DNA of 63,513 nt, the filler included, from Choristocarpus tenellus KU-1152 (Eukaryota; Protista; Phaeophyceae): the NCBI GenBank assembly GCA_964200185.2. It is 11 parts of 11 records of this genome, joined end to end, with 100 filler letters (N's around TTAATTAATTAA, not from the genome) between each part and the next. Parts side by side here need not be neighbours in the genome. Positions count along the whole stretch, not along the records: positions 1 to 11,267 come from CAXNAD020002415.1; positions 11,368 to 14,646 come from CAXNAD020021075.1; 9 more parts are not named here. One strand, 5' to 3'. A model generated the notes under the pieces. It searched no databases and was not told the DNA's origin. It was given only the letters and a program-made list of their open reading frames with translations. The translations under genes and the position numbers were made by a program. This document shows positions 1 to 12,835 of the stretch, piece by piece (the first letter of the stretch is position 1; each line of letters starts with the position of its first letter).

Positions 1-266
1 GTTTTTTAATAACATTTTCCGACTCCAAAATGTTTCGTAATAGGTAAAATGTATACATTTGTAGGGCTTGGCTTCCCATGTTTTTTTTTTATGACATTTT
101 CCGACTCCGAAATATTTCGGAGTAGGTGTACGTTATGAAAGGTGTGTCCGAAACATAGATATTGACACTTCCTAACAAACACGATAGCCAAAATTACATC
201 AAAATCACAGCATTGTATTTTGATCCCCAAATGGACGCGGCTCTACCCTTTAAGATACTTTGGCTC
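1..266 (+). mobile_element. MITE family A copy (5'-truncated, internal duplication)
   Basis: Ends in TIR ...TACCCTTTAAGATACTTTGGCTC and the body matches the other A copies. Confidence 0.85.
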
Positions 267-1679
267 TTGATATCTTCATTTTAATACTGGAGTGAGAAGT
301 ACTATGTGGTAATCAATCTGTTGGCAACATTCCACCTCTGTCACTTCCTAGAAGACCCCAAAACATGTGTTACAACCTTCCAAATCTGAATTGAAAGAGT
401 AGTCAGTCAATCAAAACATAGGAAAAGACAAGACATATCGTCATCATCATCACTTGTCTTTTCATCAAAGCAATTATAGTAGGCCGACAAAGGCATAAAG
501 GAAGGTTGACAAAGCGAACAAGGTATTTTTTTGTACCCAGATGACGTAACTGGAATCGAAGGGCAGGAACTCGACAACACTTCACCAAAGGTTACCAATC
601 ACGATCAAATGCCCACGAATATTATCACTTTCAAATATGTGTTCGAACGTGGGATTGAAGGGATCGTGCTCACAGTGACAGAGCTGTGGTGAAGGGGCGT
701 CATAGTGCAATGAATTTATGCTAGTGAACCTTGTGACCTGCTATGCATAGGCAGAGGATATCTGGTATAGCGATGCTTGGTATTTCTTGGTACATTCAAT
801 GGAAGAAATTCATGCTCTGTGTAGAGGCTTGTCACCTTGTGAACAAGGGTTTTGTCGGTGTTGTAACTCTGAATATATGGCATTCAATTGTGTATCAGGT
901 GCACTTAGTGAAGAGTGAGCTCGCTGTCTAAGTGGGGGCAAGTCCAAGCAAGCAAAAAGATTAATGAATGAGATACAACTGGTGGTTCTGTTGTGAAGAC
1001 AAAAACAAAGAATTTTTTTTTAATCAGTATCTGGGACAACTCATACGGTACATACTATATATGTTTCATACTTGCCACGAAACATGGAGTCGTAATGGCG
1101 ATTGATAATCCTATGATGTAGTATCAATGATGAAAAAGGTGAGTAACGAATAGTACTGATGTGCAAATCACAGTCAGTACGAAGAGTTAACACTGTGCAG
1201 TCTCAATAACACAAAAATGAGTAGCCTGTGTTTCAACACACGTTTGTAGTGTAATAAACATGCTAGAACTCCTTTCACAATTTATCGAGTGTTAGTACCA
1301 TTATCATCTTCTGCCTGTTGTACAGTGTGGGAGTCCCTAAAACTCTAGGCATCTGATCATAAGAATGGTCTCTACTAGACAGGCACAACAAAGTTTATTC
1401 TACACTAGCCAATCAAGTTAGTAGCTCATTTTGCCAATATAATGTTGGCAAATTAACAACACATACATACGCAACTGAAGAAATAGTTGAAGTGGCACAT
1501 TCAGATTGTACAAGTTGTGGTACTCCTTGAGAAGGTAACAAATTATCAAGGCCTGAGCTACTAACACAGTATACACGTATACAAGATATAGAAGACCAAC
1601 ACGTAGCTGACAGCACTTCCTTCTATGGCCCACTCTTTCTTACATGAGCACAACTTGTTAGGCAATAACTATGTCAACA

Positions 1680-4600
1680 TCACGACAGATCTATCACTCC
1701 CTTATCCAGCAAGCAACCCTCAGAGTACAGCACAGCACTCTCAGCCAGTGAACTAACATTTCCCACTGTGTCAGTTGTACAGTCGATCCCGTCAATCTCC
1801 TCACCCTCCTGTCCCATGACACCCTTGGCGGCTGACAAAGGTGCTCCACAAACAACACACACGCGGCAGCCTCTCTCATTGCAAAGTGTGCACTTTGAGC
1901 AGACAACAAAACGCGACAAGGAATTAACTTCTCCTCGTCTCCTCTTACCATGCTTTGAAATGGCAAAACGTTCTACTGGTCTTCCCATGCTAGTTACACT
2001 TCCCTTGCCAATCCTGCCCTTTGCTGTAGGTACACAACTCCCTTCCATAACTCTTTTGCCACCCCTGACCTTGTCCCCCCTGCACAGCCCCCCTGCCGCT
2101 CCAATTTGATCTAGTGAAGACTGACCTCCGTTTACTACACTGCTTGTACAGGTGCTTTGTACAAAAGTGCGGTGTGTGTCACAAGCTTGGCAGACAAGAA
2201 AGCCAGGGGGATTGATCAGCGTACACAGGGCACATATCCACTCTTCAACCTCTCTTGGGATCACCCCATTGCTAATGTTACCCAAGTCATCGCCACTACC
2301 ACTTTGTCTGTGCTCACACCCCAAGAAAATCTCCCCTGGCTGCTTCAGAACCTCTTGTTGCTCCCTCATCAGAGGGTTCACTTCCCTGTGCTGATGAGCC
2401 TTGCATACCCTACACCTTACATCCTGTGTGATATTGATGAAATTGCAGTGACAGCACAACCACGTGCTTGTCATCAAAGGAGGATTGAGGGTAGTTGGAT
2501 TGTTCAACCCAGGTTGCACAGCATCTTCACCCCTTCTCTTCAAGCTTGGGACAGTCTGCACCACATTTGCAGCGCCTGCCAACGACATGGCTGCTGCATG
2601 GCTTGCTGTATTAGGGGGTCTACTCTTGGAACCACCACCTCTCTCAATGGTCTGACCCTTGAGGTCCCGCACGGGTGGAATTCTTTCATTAGACGCCCCA
2701 CAGCATTCACAGCAAGTAGCTACATCCACATTGATCAAGGTGCATATATTGCAGCTCCAGATTCCAGCAGAGGAGGCACTAGAGATGCCCCCAGTTAAAA
2801 CTCCCTGAGTGTGCCCTTCTGTAGCCTCTGGGAGCAGACTTAACTCTGTGTCCTTACACTGACTACCATCTACTGTTGATGCACATTGTGAGCTGTCAGC
2901 TAACCTCCTGCCGTTGGGTAATCAATGAGAGGTGCATTAGGTAAGTCATGGGGCGGACTGCTTCAATCATTGTAGGGAGTTGATGTGGTGATGGATGGTG
3001 GCAGGAATGTTGGGCACTCCTACCTCTCCTGACTAGAAGAAAGGAGAGCTGTACTAGCACAACACTCAGGTAGACACTTTAGACTGGTGATTCTACATCC
3101 AGAATAGTTAAATATCAAAGGGTCCTTTCAAAACATTCAATTGAAATTGAAGATACTTCCTCCCCCTTGTTTGTGTTAACGATACATCCTGAAATCCTGA
3201 AAAAAAAGAAAGCGCACAGAGTCCGGAGAGCCATCATCAGAGCCAATCCGTGTCTAAGGGTATCAACTGTCACCCGACCTAGGCAGAGCACATAATCTTC
3301 AAGTAGCAGCCACGACTCGCCAGAAGTACTATCCCAAACCAATAATATCTTCACTACCTCACATATTCACAACATACAATATCCATGCTGCAGCTCCCAA
3401 CCTTGTGAGAAAACAGATGTCATGGGTACCCATGACTGACTCCCCTGTGAAGACTGCTCAGTTAATCAACCAGTCTCGGGGATTAAACCTCATGGGGAAT
3501 CATCTTTTTTTTCTACATCAGGAAGTCCAAATAATTGAACCTTGGCTACTGCTCCACATCTCTCAAGTGTTTTCTGCCTCGAATCACTACTCAGGTATCT
3601 ATGTCCTGAAAATGAAGAACTCAACCATGTCACAACACCTCACAGAGGAGGTGTGATCTACTGCACTCACAACTCACTTGGAAAGACACAAAGCAACGCC
3701 TTGGTCGGGCTGACCTGAAAAAACAATCGTGTATACTCACAACATAAAAAAGTTATGAATGGAGAATGACTCGGAGAGCCTCTCCAGAGGATCAGATTTT
3801 GGATTTGCAACAATCACAACAGCATATTTCCTCAAATATTCTGAAGGACTTGGTGGTTTGGTTGTTGTATGCTCACACTACACAAGTATCATGTGCTGTC
3901 ATTCATGGCATTAGCAGCTACGTTGACGCGAAGATGTGATCAACCCTCCTTGAATCATGACAACTCCAAATGGACTACTGTCTGCAACTTTCAATGACTC
4001 GACGAACACCTCTTCAACTCGTTGGTTGCAATCTCCTGACTCCTGCACAATGAGGTGATCTTTGCTGCTCAACAGACATCTTTGCTGCTCAACAGACACT
4101 AATGAACGCACACAAGCAGTTTCTTGGCACTTACAGTAAGGCATTGATGTAGCATTGGCCTTTGCTATGAAAGTCACCCACAGAAAAAGAGGTACCCCCC
4201 CCCCCCCCAGAAACCACAGTACAGAGGAAAGGCAAACATTACACTTGATGAAGTCGTCGGATACGACATGAAAATGAGGTGAAGCTTTCCATAACAAAGA
4301 AAGAAAGAACACAAACAAAAGCGCAAGCTAAAAAAAATAATACACTTGCAATACACACACTCGAGGGGGTGACACAACCCAGCTCAAATCAACAGTAAAT
4401 AAATCGGTTATCACCAGAAGTACTCCTACGGAGGCAAGAATAAACCTCCACCAACAAACAAAAAACAAAAAAAGGGAAGCGGGCGACCCTCCGCTTCAAC
4501 CGATACTCTAAGGAAAGCAATAAAGTGGAATTTGGAGCATCAGATCGAAAAAGACTCCACCAGGCTTTCTAACTGAAAAAAAACATATTTTTTCCATTGT

Positions 4601-7600
4601 AGCCAAAGGGCACAACACACCTAAGCTTCTAGTCATAAAGACCATAGAAGAGAGCAGCTGTCCAAGCTCACCTCTCTGCAGCAGCCACCGCCCTTTGTTG
4701 TAGCACATCTAGTGTGCTCATTCCACCAAGCCCTCCCAGACGCACGCCCCCTCCGGACATCAGACCCCCTCTCTTTCTTCTGTGCTCAGCCGCCTTCCAG
4801 GTCAGTTGAAAGAAAGAGTGAGGGAGGGGGCAAAAAGAGCTCAAAGTCGAAATCGAGCCACCACTAAGTAATAAAGACATTCCTTCTCAGTTCAAGTATT
4901 TATAAAATGGCTAGGTGGTCCATGGCAGGATAACGTAAAAAAGTATTGCAATATGGTATGATCCACTGCAAAATTAAGAAGTGTATCTCCTATTGTTAGA
5001 TCTTGTCCCCTACCTCACAACCTACAAAATACACAGTGTTCGCATAGATAGTGAGGGAATTGTTAAAATGCATATTCCCATTCAATTTTGGGAAAAGAGT
5101 AGGATCAGAAACAATGAGGTACATCATGCCTCATGTAAGAGGATCAAAAAGGGCAAAGGTGCATCATCTCTGTGACTCCAAAGACCAATTCAATCTATTG
5201 TACATACACTTTTTTTGAAGTATAAAAAAACAGGATTTATGAAAAAAAAAGAGCGTAAGTCGTGTACGATGATGCCTCACTCTGGAGTATATGAACGCAA
5301 CAATCACTACACAGATATTCAACCTTCAATATACTCCCTTGGAAAAAATGTTCCACTTCACAATCTATTGGGAGGACTACCATAAACTATGGAATCAACA
5401 AAAAGGAAATGTTGTAGTGCAATTGGACAAGTATTTGTAAAACGTACACTAGCAGCTTCATTTCCTCCTGCTCTAAGGCTCATAGACCTAGCCAGAAAAA
5501 AAAATATACCCACAGATACTTCTCACAAGAGAGGTACAGAAATATTCAGTTCAACACTGTCATGGCAGATAGAGGAGGTCTGCTGGCAAATACTTAAAGC
5601 CATATCACGCCACCCTGTATTCAATGCACAACAGGAGATGGTGCTACTAGGCAACAGGCCTCCATGCAAGCATTCAGTCTCCTCACCTGGAGGGCAGCAG
5701 TGCGATGGTGCAAGGTGGTCGGACGTCCTCCTAGGGACCTTCCCTTGCCTGCAAATGGCATGTTGGAACCCCTTATTCCTGGCGATTGAGTTGTTGGTGT
5801 TGCTATCATATCATTCTATCATATATGCTTTCATACGATGCTATTATATCATTTTATCGTATCATGCTATCGTATCACACTATCATTACTTCTTTTGGCC
5901 GAAAGGGGGAGTAGTGTGGGTAGGGGGGAGGATAGAAAGGACAGAGTGCCTTTCGTTCTATTTTCTTGCTTTGGTAGTTACACTCATTGTAACTGTCGCA
6001 CAGTTACAAAATTTACTGGGGAGAATTTGGTTGGATTTTTCTACTCTATAGAGGAGTGAGTTGTCTTGAAAATGCACCTGCGTGTTATCCTCTTGTGTGA
6101 CAATGATTAAATCTAGATTCTGTGGCGAAGAAACTAGCAGGCAAGAGCATTTGATTTGTCAACATCAAGAGTCAACAAAATCTCATCTGAAACAGTTTGA
6201 CTATGTTAATTGTGTTCATCACAACACAATGTTGATCGGAAGAAAATTACTAAGCCTCTCTTATATTGTATCATTACTTTCAGAACACTGCGATAGGCGA
6301 TGTCAAGTAGTAACGCCATGATAAATATTTGCTCCAACCCAATGCCACAGACTTGGACAAATCTAGGTTACCACAACATCCCAATTCAATCTGCAACATT
6401 CAAAAGTCAACACAAAAGTGAATATAAGAGTGCACACACCAACATGTCACCACCTATGGCAGAAAAAAACCCATCAATTCAATCAAAGCTATCAAAACCG
6501 TTCAAGGTCACATCCACATGCACAATCGGCCTTGGCAAACAAATACGAGCACCAACAATTCAACAGAAGGCAGAAAGAACCAAGACGGGCATCAAAGATC
6601 AAGGTTTCAAAGTGTTCAACACTACCCAAATATGTACAAAAACAAAACAAAACAGGAAGAACAAAGGCCCAAAGAGAGCACACAAAACACACCTTGGCGC
6701 ACGAGCTTTTCACATTCATCTGCCAGACCATCAAGCATCTTGTAAAAAGAGGCACTGTGAGGTCCGATTTCCATGTGAGTGAGCTCGTGCAGCATCGTGT
6801 GCAGAAGCGACTCATACGGGTAGAATGACTCTGGGAAATGCGTGGATTGAAGTAGATAGGGCCACGTTAATGTGGCATGTTTGGGGTCAAGGTTTGGTGA
6901 GAGGACTACAGGCACAGCTGCTCATCATTTCAACGCATTCAGACCCACTGTCTTGGCTCGATGCACACGGTTGCGTGACTACTCCAGCGGTGGGATCATG
7001 CTAAACCTCCCAAATGCTTGTCTTCTACGCATAGGCACAAGTCTACAATGGCATACGCAAATACACGGCCATACAATCACAGGCAGGCTTTTACAAAAAT
7101 TAATGGCTAGTCAAGACTACTCGACTGAAAATCCTGAACTCTCAAACAAAAATCACCTGGAGCACTGGCGGGTCGGAGGCGGATCAATACCTTCGACTTG
7201 TTCACATTCATACCCAGCAATTGAGGGTTCTTGGGCATGAACTCTTCCAGATTTGAGACGGTCCATTTATGAGCGACGCAAATTGGTTTAACCTGCTTGT
7301 TGCATAACGTAAGAGGGTCAAGAGAGAGAGGCAGAGAGGGAGGGAGGGGTTGATTCCAATTAGTGTAAAGAACAGGAGAAAGGCTAAGTCTTTGTAATTC
7401 AAATTACTTTACGCTCAGTATCTGCTTTGCAGTGGTAAAGTAGAGGGCGTTGGATAAAAGGTTGACATTGGGTGAGAACATAAAGTAGTTGGGTCAACCT
7501 CGAACCGAGAGCACGTTTCAGTTGATCTTCGCCTCTCTTTGACTACACCAGAAAATAAGACGTGAGGAGGACCTGAACTGAAGGTTACGCCATGTAGGAG

Positions 7601-7953
7601 TTAGTCAACTGAGTCACAAGGCGGAAATAGAGAGTGGTGCACTAGTTCAAAGATAAGGGTGCCTCGCCTTTTGCCAACAGTTGGTTCACAGCTTGTGGAT
7701 AAACTTTGCATTTGTCAAAATTGGTCTGGATGAAGACACTCTTACCCAGTGCCAACTACCGATATGTGCCGTTAACGTAACCCTACCCACGATTGGAGAG
7801 ACGAATTGAGGGCATGCACTAGTAAGGCCAGTAAGACGCTCAACCCACTTGATCCGCTATTTTGCACAGTAGCTCTCGAGCTTCCTTCTCCTTCGGCTTG
7901 GTCTTCAAAGACTTCACAAAAGTAACCCCGTATAGTGTGCCCACATCAGGCAT
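1680..7953 (-). CDS. WSS1: Wss1/WLM-family zinc metalloprotease (DNA-protein crosslink repair), about 606 aa; exons 7953-7849, 7292-7157, 6830-6693, 5778-5687, 4793-4672, 2907-1680
   Basis: All introns are GT-AG and phases are consistent (1821 nt total). The spliced protein reads MPDVG...ARELLCKIADQVKPICVAHKWTVSNLEEFMPKNPQLLGMNVNKSKVLIRLRP...FYPYESLLHTMLHELTHMEIGPHSASFY, a WLM domain with HExxH+H. It continues with an SHP box (FAGKGRSLGG), VIM-like motifs (AALQAAEHRR, RAVAAAERRL), four RanBP2-type fingers (WSCNICTLIN, WLCCHCNFIN, WICALCTLIN, VVCSKCTLCN) and C-terminal VIDLS. Confidence 0.92.
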
Positions 7954-8238
7954 CACGTCTTCCAGCCGCACACTATCCGAAAATATATGTATTCTCAGGA
8001 TTTTTGACGTCCTCTACTTCCCTACAACCCTCCTGAAAGAAGTATGGGACGTCGATGGTTCAGTTGATGTTTCCGTGGTGGTTCCAAATTTGTATTCAAT
8101 AGAGGGTTTGTAAATATTCAAAAGGCGGTTTGCTCTATAGGTTATGTATCAACTACACTATCAACACAACACAAACAGTACACAAACGTAAGGGAGGAGA
8201 CGCTGGAGTGTGCGTGACTGCACTGACAACGACTGCAC

Positions 8239-8676
8239 ATGGCTACAGATTATGGCTTTGCCTTCAAGAGCAGGGCACATCAGGAAGATCGGCGTCGTGG
8301 AGTAGGTACAGTCTATCTCGAGAGTCACGATATAGTTTTAAGTTTATGTTGATATTTGGTACGGACTTTAGACTAGTGGAAATATAAACTAGTTCGAGAA
8401 TATCGCATATAGCCGAGTACAACATCGGCCCAGACGTGCTGGAATTGACTTTCATAGCACACACTCTCCAAAAGCCCTCCCAACAGTATTACTCGCCGCT
8501 TATTCTAACTCTCAGGACCAAAATCTGGAGTGCCATGGTTTGGTGGACCGTCAACGTACTCCGGATCAGGAGGGTTCATGACGGAGAAGGAGAAAGTGGT
8601 TAAGAAGACAGATATTGAGCGACAGGCAGATGTGGTGGACTTCCTTTTTAGGCGAATAAAGAGTGCCAGCAAGCCG
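8239..8676 (+). CDS. First two exons (8239-8305, 8516-8676) of a candidate gene divergent from WSS1; weak resemblance to the TFIIE-beta N-terminus; 3' part not found
   Basis: ATG...GTA G|gtacag donor, ttctaac-tctcag| acceptor and CCG|gtgagt donor. Only the phase-compatible frame of exon 2 is open: MATDYGFAFKSRAHQEDRRRGVGPKSGVPWFGG...QADVVDFLFRRIKSASKP. The identity is a guess from memory of the motif. Confidence 0.5.
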
Positions 8677-9544
8677 GTGAGTGATATTGTCTGTTGGTCA
8701 TCCACTTTCGAATTGCTTTTGACACAGGTACATGCAATTGGTGTAGTGCTCGATGGAGACTGACTGCCCTGCCATCGTTACAGGAATATTGCTACCACGA
8801 TCAGTGCGTTAAGCCTCTGCCGCACTGTCAATACCAGCAATGTGTTTCAACGCCCAGCGCCCTGCCACAAGTAATCGACGCTAGGTTCCTGCCTACCCCA
8901 TGCATTACACGTTGTGAACATTTTGGTGGAGAATTTGGAGTTACATCTTTTTTTTTCAAATCGAACACTGGTTTGCATACTACGCGAGAGATCTCAAAAG
9001 CCCGAGTCCCCTATGGAGACCGCATCCCCTTGGAAATTCGATTTGAATGCATCCCTGTTTTCCTTAGTGTCCCAGCATCGCCAATGGCATTCAAAGACCA
9101 TTATCACTCTTATCCATAAATTGTGTGGAACAGTGAGGTACGGTAGAGGGATCACTTCACGAAGATAGTGCTGCTGTATTTGCCAAGTGGAACCACATTG
9201 TGCATAAGTTCCTCAAAGCCTTCAGATAGGCGAGGACTATTGTGCGGGAATCGACCAAAACCGTATACATAAGTCGGTGTTGTGCTCTGCATCTATAACT
9301 TTGTATTTTTAAGCCCAGAGCATGTTACGCACATCTCGGTGTCTCCAGGTGTGGGCATTTTGAATACGTTTGATTCAACAGATGATCGAGAAGGGGATGA
9401 GAAGGTAGGGGAGCAGAGATACATATCAACGACTTTCAAGTTTTTTCAACAGTTAGTCTTTTTCCATACGTAACCAACACAAATCATCCCTCTCATCGTT
9501 GTCGGATTGCTTGTCGGAGGACACAGGCTACGATCACTGAGATA

Positions 9545-10150
9545 TCAGACGCTACAGGTGTGGACCTTCGAGAAGGGGGAGATGACCATGTGAAGGACAT
9601 GTTGCTGTCGAATCCCAAGGTTAGAAGGGCCATTGACAGACAAGCGTTCTGACTGACTTGCAGCACTGATTTCCTTCGTAAATTTTTTTTGACGTAGTCC
9701 CCTTATGTTGTGGAATCTGTCCTGTTTTGCATGTACTGTTGGGTGAACTACACGTGTAAGATCTATTGGCAAAGGCCTATGACATGCCACAGTGTAAAAG
9801 ATTGCACTTGGTCTTCTTCGTGGGTTGGAGTTATAGAGAGCTTGCTACAGCGTCTTTTGGTTGACCACGTATGACAGCATCATAGTAATATTCCTACCCA
9901 ACTGTTACTTATTCATCTTCTAGTAGTATAAGATACTAAGTGCAGTGGTGTCTTCCGCTCTATGTTAGATGGACAACTCAGCATGTTCAACTCTCCCCAA
10001 TCTAACACCGAGGTCAGATATGAGGAGCAGCGCTTTTTTGCTAGCTCGTGTACGAAGTCTCAGGGTTGGTTGATGTTCCAAGATATGAAGGGATGGCGTT
10101 AGAATGTGTACAGACTTCCATGAACACCAGAGATGTGTAGAAAACGGATT
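9545..10150 (-). pseudogene. Possible decayed ankyrin-repeat-like coding remnant
   Basis: Broken frames contain DFVHELA, RKTPLHL, KCNLLHC and QHVLHMV, resembling ankyrin TPLH motifs, with many stops and frameshifts. Confidence 0.25.
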
Positions 10151-10789
10151 TTATTTTTTGGAGTAGAGGAGTAGGTGCAAGAAGTAGGGCATGTGCCAGA
10201 GGTAGTGGAGGTCTAGTCGTGTGTTGTTCTGAAGCCACAGACAGGCTACAAATTGTCCAGACTACTACTACTTGCAAGTGTGGCGACAATGACCGTTGTG
10301 ATGTAGTCAGTGGTTTACGCTTGACTTCTGCATCATTTTTTTGTTGTTGTCTTCATTGCAAAAAAATCCACTGCCCTCTACCAAAAACCTCTAGCACACT
10401 GAAGAGTAACTTGTTCGTAGCAATCTGTTTGTACTGTTGGATGAATTCCCCTCCCCCCCATTCTGTAACCGTTGTCATTATACTTTGTCGCCTGGGTTTT
10501 CTTTTTTTTCTTTTCTTGCTCTTACTTGGGATACAAGGGTTAGGGTTAGAAGATAACACTTCGATTCGTATTCGATTAGATGTGGAAAGGGACAGGAAGC
10601 TTGTCATGTTTCAAGGAAAAAAAATATTTTTAGAAGATAGAACTATTTTTGTAAAGTACCGTAGTGTATGGTCGCATTTTTTTTTTTTTTACATACGGAG
10701 TGGTTCATTTCAATTCCACTAACACATTATTATTTTGTTTTTTGTTAAAAAGAGAAAAAAAAAGAAGTAAAAAGTACACTACTGGAGGG

Positions 10790-11215
10790 GTCCATTAGTC
10801 TCTGCAGCAAGCAGTTGATGAACAGCCTCTTGTAGGTACTCTCTGTGTGTTGCTTGCCTTCTCTTGTGTGATTTGAACTCAATACCATTGCCTTTGCCCT
10901 ACCAATGTTGGAACTGTCGCCCAGGACAAAAGAGTCGACTTGAAGTGCAATAGCAAGTCGCAATATTGCATCCTCCCAGTCTGGTATTAGTGGCAAGCAT
11001 GCCATCCATGCGGCAAGAGAGTGTTGTATTGATCGAAAGCCCCTGTATCCCTCCTGCTTCTTGGGCGTCAGGTGGAAGTTCTTAATGCTGAAGATCCACT
11101 GGTAGAGACGTCTTATGCTTATGTGGCAAAGTATGCTGTTAGCAATTGCGAAGAGCTGCTGCGCTTGGTGAGTCCTGTTTTATCAACCCACAAAATAGGA
11201 GACCTGTTTATAGGC
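10790..11215 (-). pseudogene. Possible fucosyltransferase (GT23-like) C-terminal fragment
   Basis: DAILRLAIALQVDSFVLGDSSNIGR resembles the D..L...D.FV...SSN.GR motif of alpha-1,6/O-fucosyltransferases. There are in-frame stops upstream and it lies at a contig end. Confidence 0.3.
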
Positions 11216-11228
11216 TGAGGCTTGAGAG

Positions 11229-11264
<36 letters not shown>

Positions 11265-11267
11265 ACA

Positions 11268-11367
11268 NNNNNNNNNNNNNNNNNNNNNNNNNNNNNNNNN
11301 NNNNNNNNNNNTTAATTAATTAANNNNNNNNNNNNNNNNNNNNNNNNNNNNNNNNNNNNNNNNNNNN
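11268..11367. other. Artificial contig spacer N44-TTAATTAATTAA-N44; also at 14647, 23191, 35586, 38729, 41510, 45449, 49448, 56467, 60862
   Basis: Ten identical 100-nt blocks carrying stop codons in all six frames. Confidence 0.98.
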
Positions 11368-12243
11368 GCCTTTCTTGGACCCTTGTTTTCTATTCTGATT
11401 TTCTGCTCCTGTGTGAAGCGCCATCGCCCCCGATCTCCTAGGTGTGTCTCCTATGACCTCCGTGGTCATGAAGACGAGGAAGATATGATGGCGTTCTTGA
11501 GCTGGTCGTAAGTGAGTTCTGGGGTTGTCAGCTGTGCAAAAATCTGAGGCATGCTGTATCTGATTCCTATGATCAGAGCTCCCTTTTTTGCATGATCCTC
11601 TTTGGCTACATCCAGCTGCTCCTACTCAGTCCAGATGTGATCAAGACGAATCACGAAATCTACTGCGTCCTCCACTGACAAGCAGTGCATATCACGCAGC
11701 TTCATTTCTAGAGCAATGAGCTGCATGGGCCGCTGAATTGCAGCGCGCCCTCCATAAATTTGCTCCAGCTCGAGCCATGCTGCCCTCCCATCGGGGCTGC
11801 CATTATGCTCGTGCGAGCTGACCACCATCGCAGCAGCACCTCTTGTGGCCTGGCCCAAAAGGAACCATAATGCCTCACAATGTTTAACGTACTCCTCATA
11901 CGCGCTGCGTTCTCCAAACGATGTGTCAGGCGTGGGAGGTGGCGGAATGCGGTATTCTGGTTGGAGGATCCGGTACAGTCTTTTACCTCCTGCATAGCTG
12001 ACCAGCGCCATCCGCCATTCCGCCCACTTCTCCCGTGTATGCCCCCGCGCTCCACTTCAGAGTGGCAGCTTACGGGGGTCTGCTTCCATACCACTGAAGC
12101 TCATAACCTATGCAAAAGAGAGCTACTAAAGTAGAGTATTTTGCTTTGTGTGGTATGGATATGTTTATTAACGGAGTGAGCACTATCCTCAAGGTGGGGG
12201 GGTGGTGCTCTCCCTTGTTATCTAATTCATTCGTCATCAAACA
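11368..12243 (-). mobile_element. Ty1/Copia LTR retrotransposon remnant (5' LTR end, PBS, degenerate gag)
   Basis: The minus strand reads ...TTTTGCA ta GGTTATGAGC (LTR end plus Copia-type PBS, about 12099-12111). gag starts at ATG 12089 and contains LWFLLGQATRGAA...DGRAAWLELEQIY with premature stops. The outer LTR boundary is approximate. Confidence 0.8.
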
Positions 12244-12369
12244 CGTCAGAGATATGTTTAAACATGTTTGTGACAGTTACACTACATCAGTCACTTACAA
12301 CTTCAAGTTAAATTTCTTCATTCACTTTTATACCATAAATCACATAGACTACTAGTCTATTTGCACACT

Positions 12370-12835
12370 TCTGTCCTATTGTTGTGTGTTGGAAACCACT
12401 CCCTCAGAATCATTATCTGAAGATTCGCTCACACCTTCCCAACTTCCTCCTCCGCTTCCAAGGTTTCCGCAAACGGGAACACACCGAAAGTGTCCTATCT
12501 TATCGAGGAAGATACATTTCTTATGAAAGGTTTGTGGGAGAATATCAATGCACCCATGGCAAATGGAGCATCCTACTTGCTGGGTCAGTTGGTCGCATGG
12601 GGGGAAAGCGATTTTCCAAGATATTGATGTTTGGGGAAGTTGCGAATAGAAAATGGAGGCAAGGCGGACAGGAGAAGAACTGGCTGACATATATCCAAGA
12701 CGACCTTGATAAGTTTAGAATCGAAGTTGAGGGTTGGAGAACGTGAGTCACTCACCATCTGGAATGGTAGGAGTGTGTGAGTATTGGCACAGCGGGGTTC
12801 ACGGCCAAATGGCATTCGAAGTATGCCGTGATATG
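12370..12835 (+). mobile_element. RTE-like LINE, 3' end of ORF (degenerate)
   Basis: LAGSVGRMGGKRFSKILMFGEV...RQGGQEKNWLTYIQDDLDKFRIEVEGWRT matches the post-RT C-terminus of RTE-type LINEs. Confidence 0.7.

Noticed and set aside
1768-2798. Plus-strand ORFs of 113-213 aa, and most other short ORFs in the supplied track
   Set aside because: They are antisense shadows of real exons, MITE-derived frames (for example KHFGVGK, YPLRYF) or low-complexity sequence.
3677-3713. Extra WSS1 exon (tttttcag|...|gtgagt)
   Set aside because: At 37 nt it would shift the frame, and exons 5 and 6 already join in frame (AAER|RLAD).
8264-9200. Minus-strand ORFs as a MULE/DUF6729-like transposase
   Set aside because: Motif similarity was vague, and a plus-strand spliced model explains 8239-8676 better.
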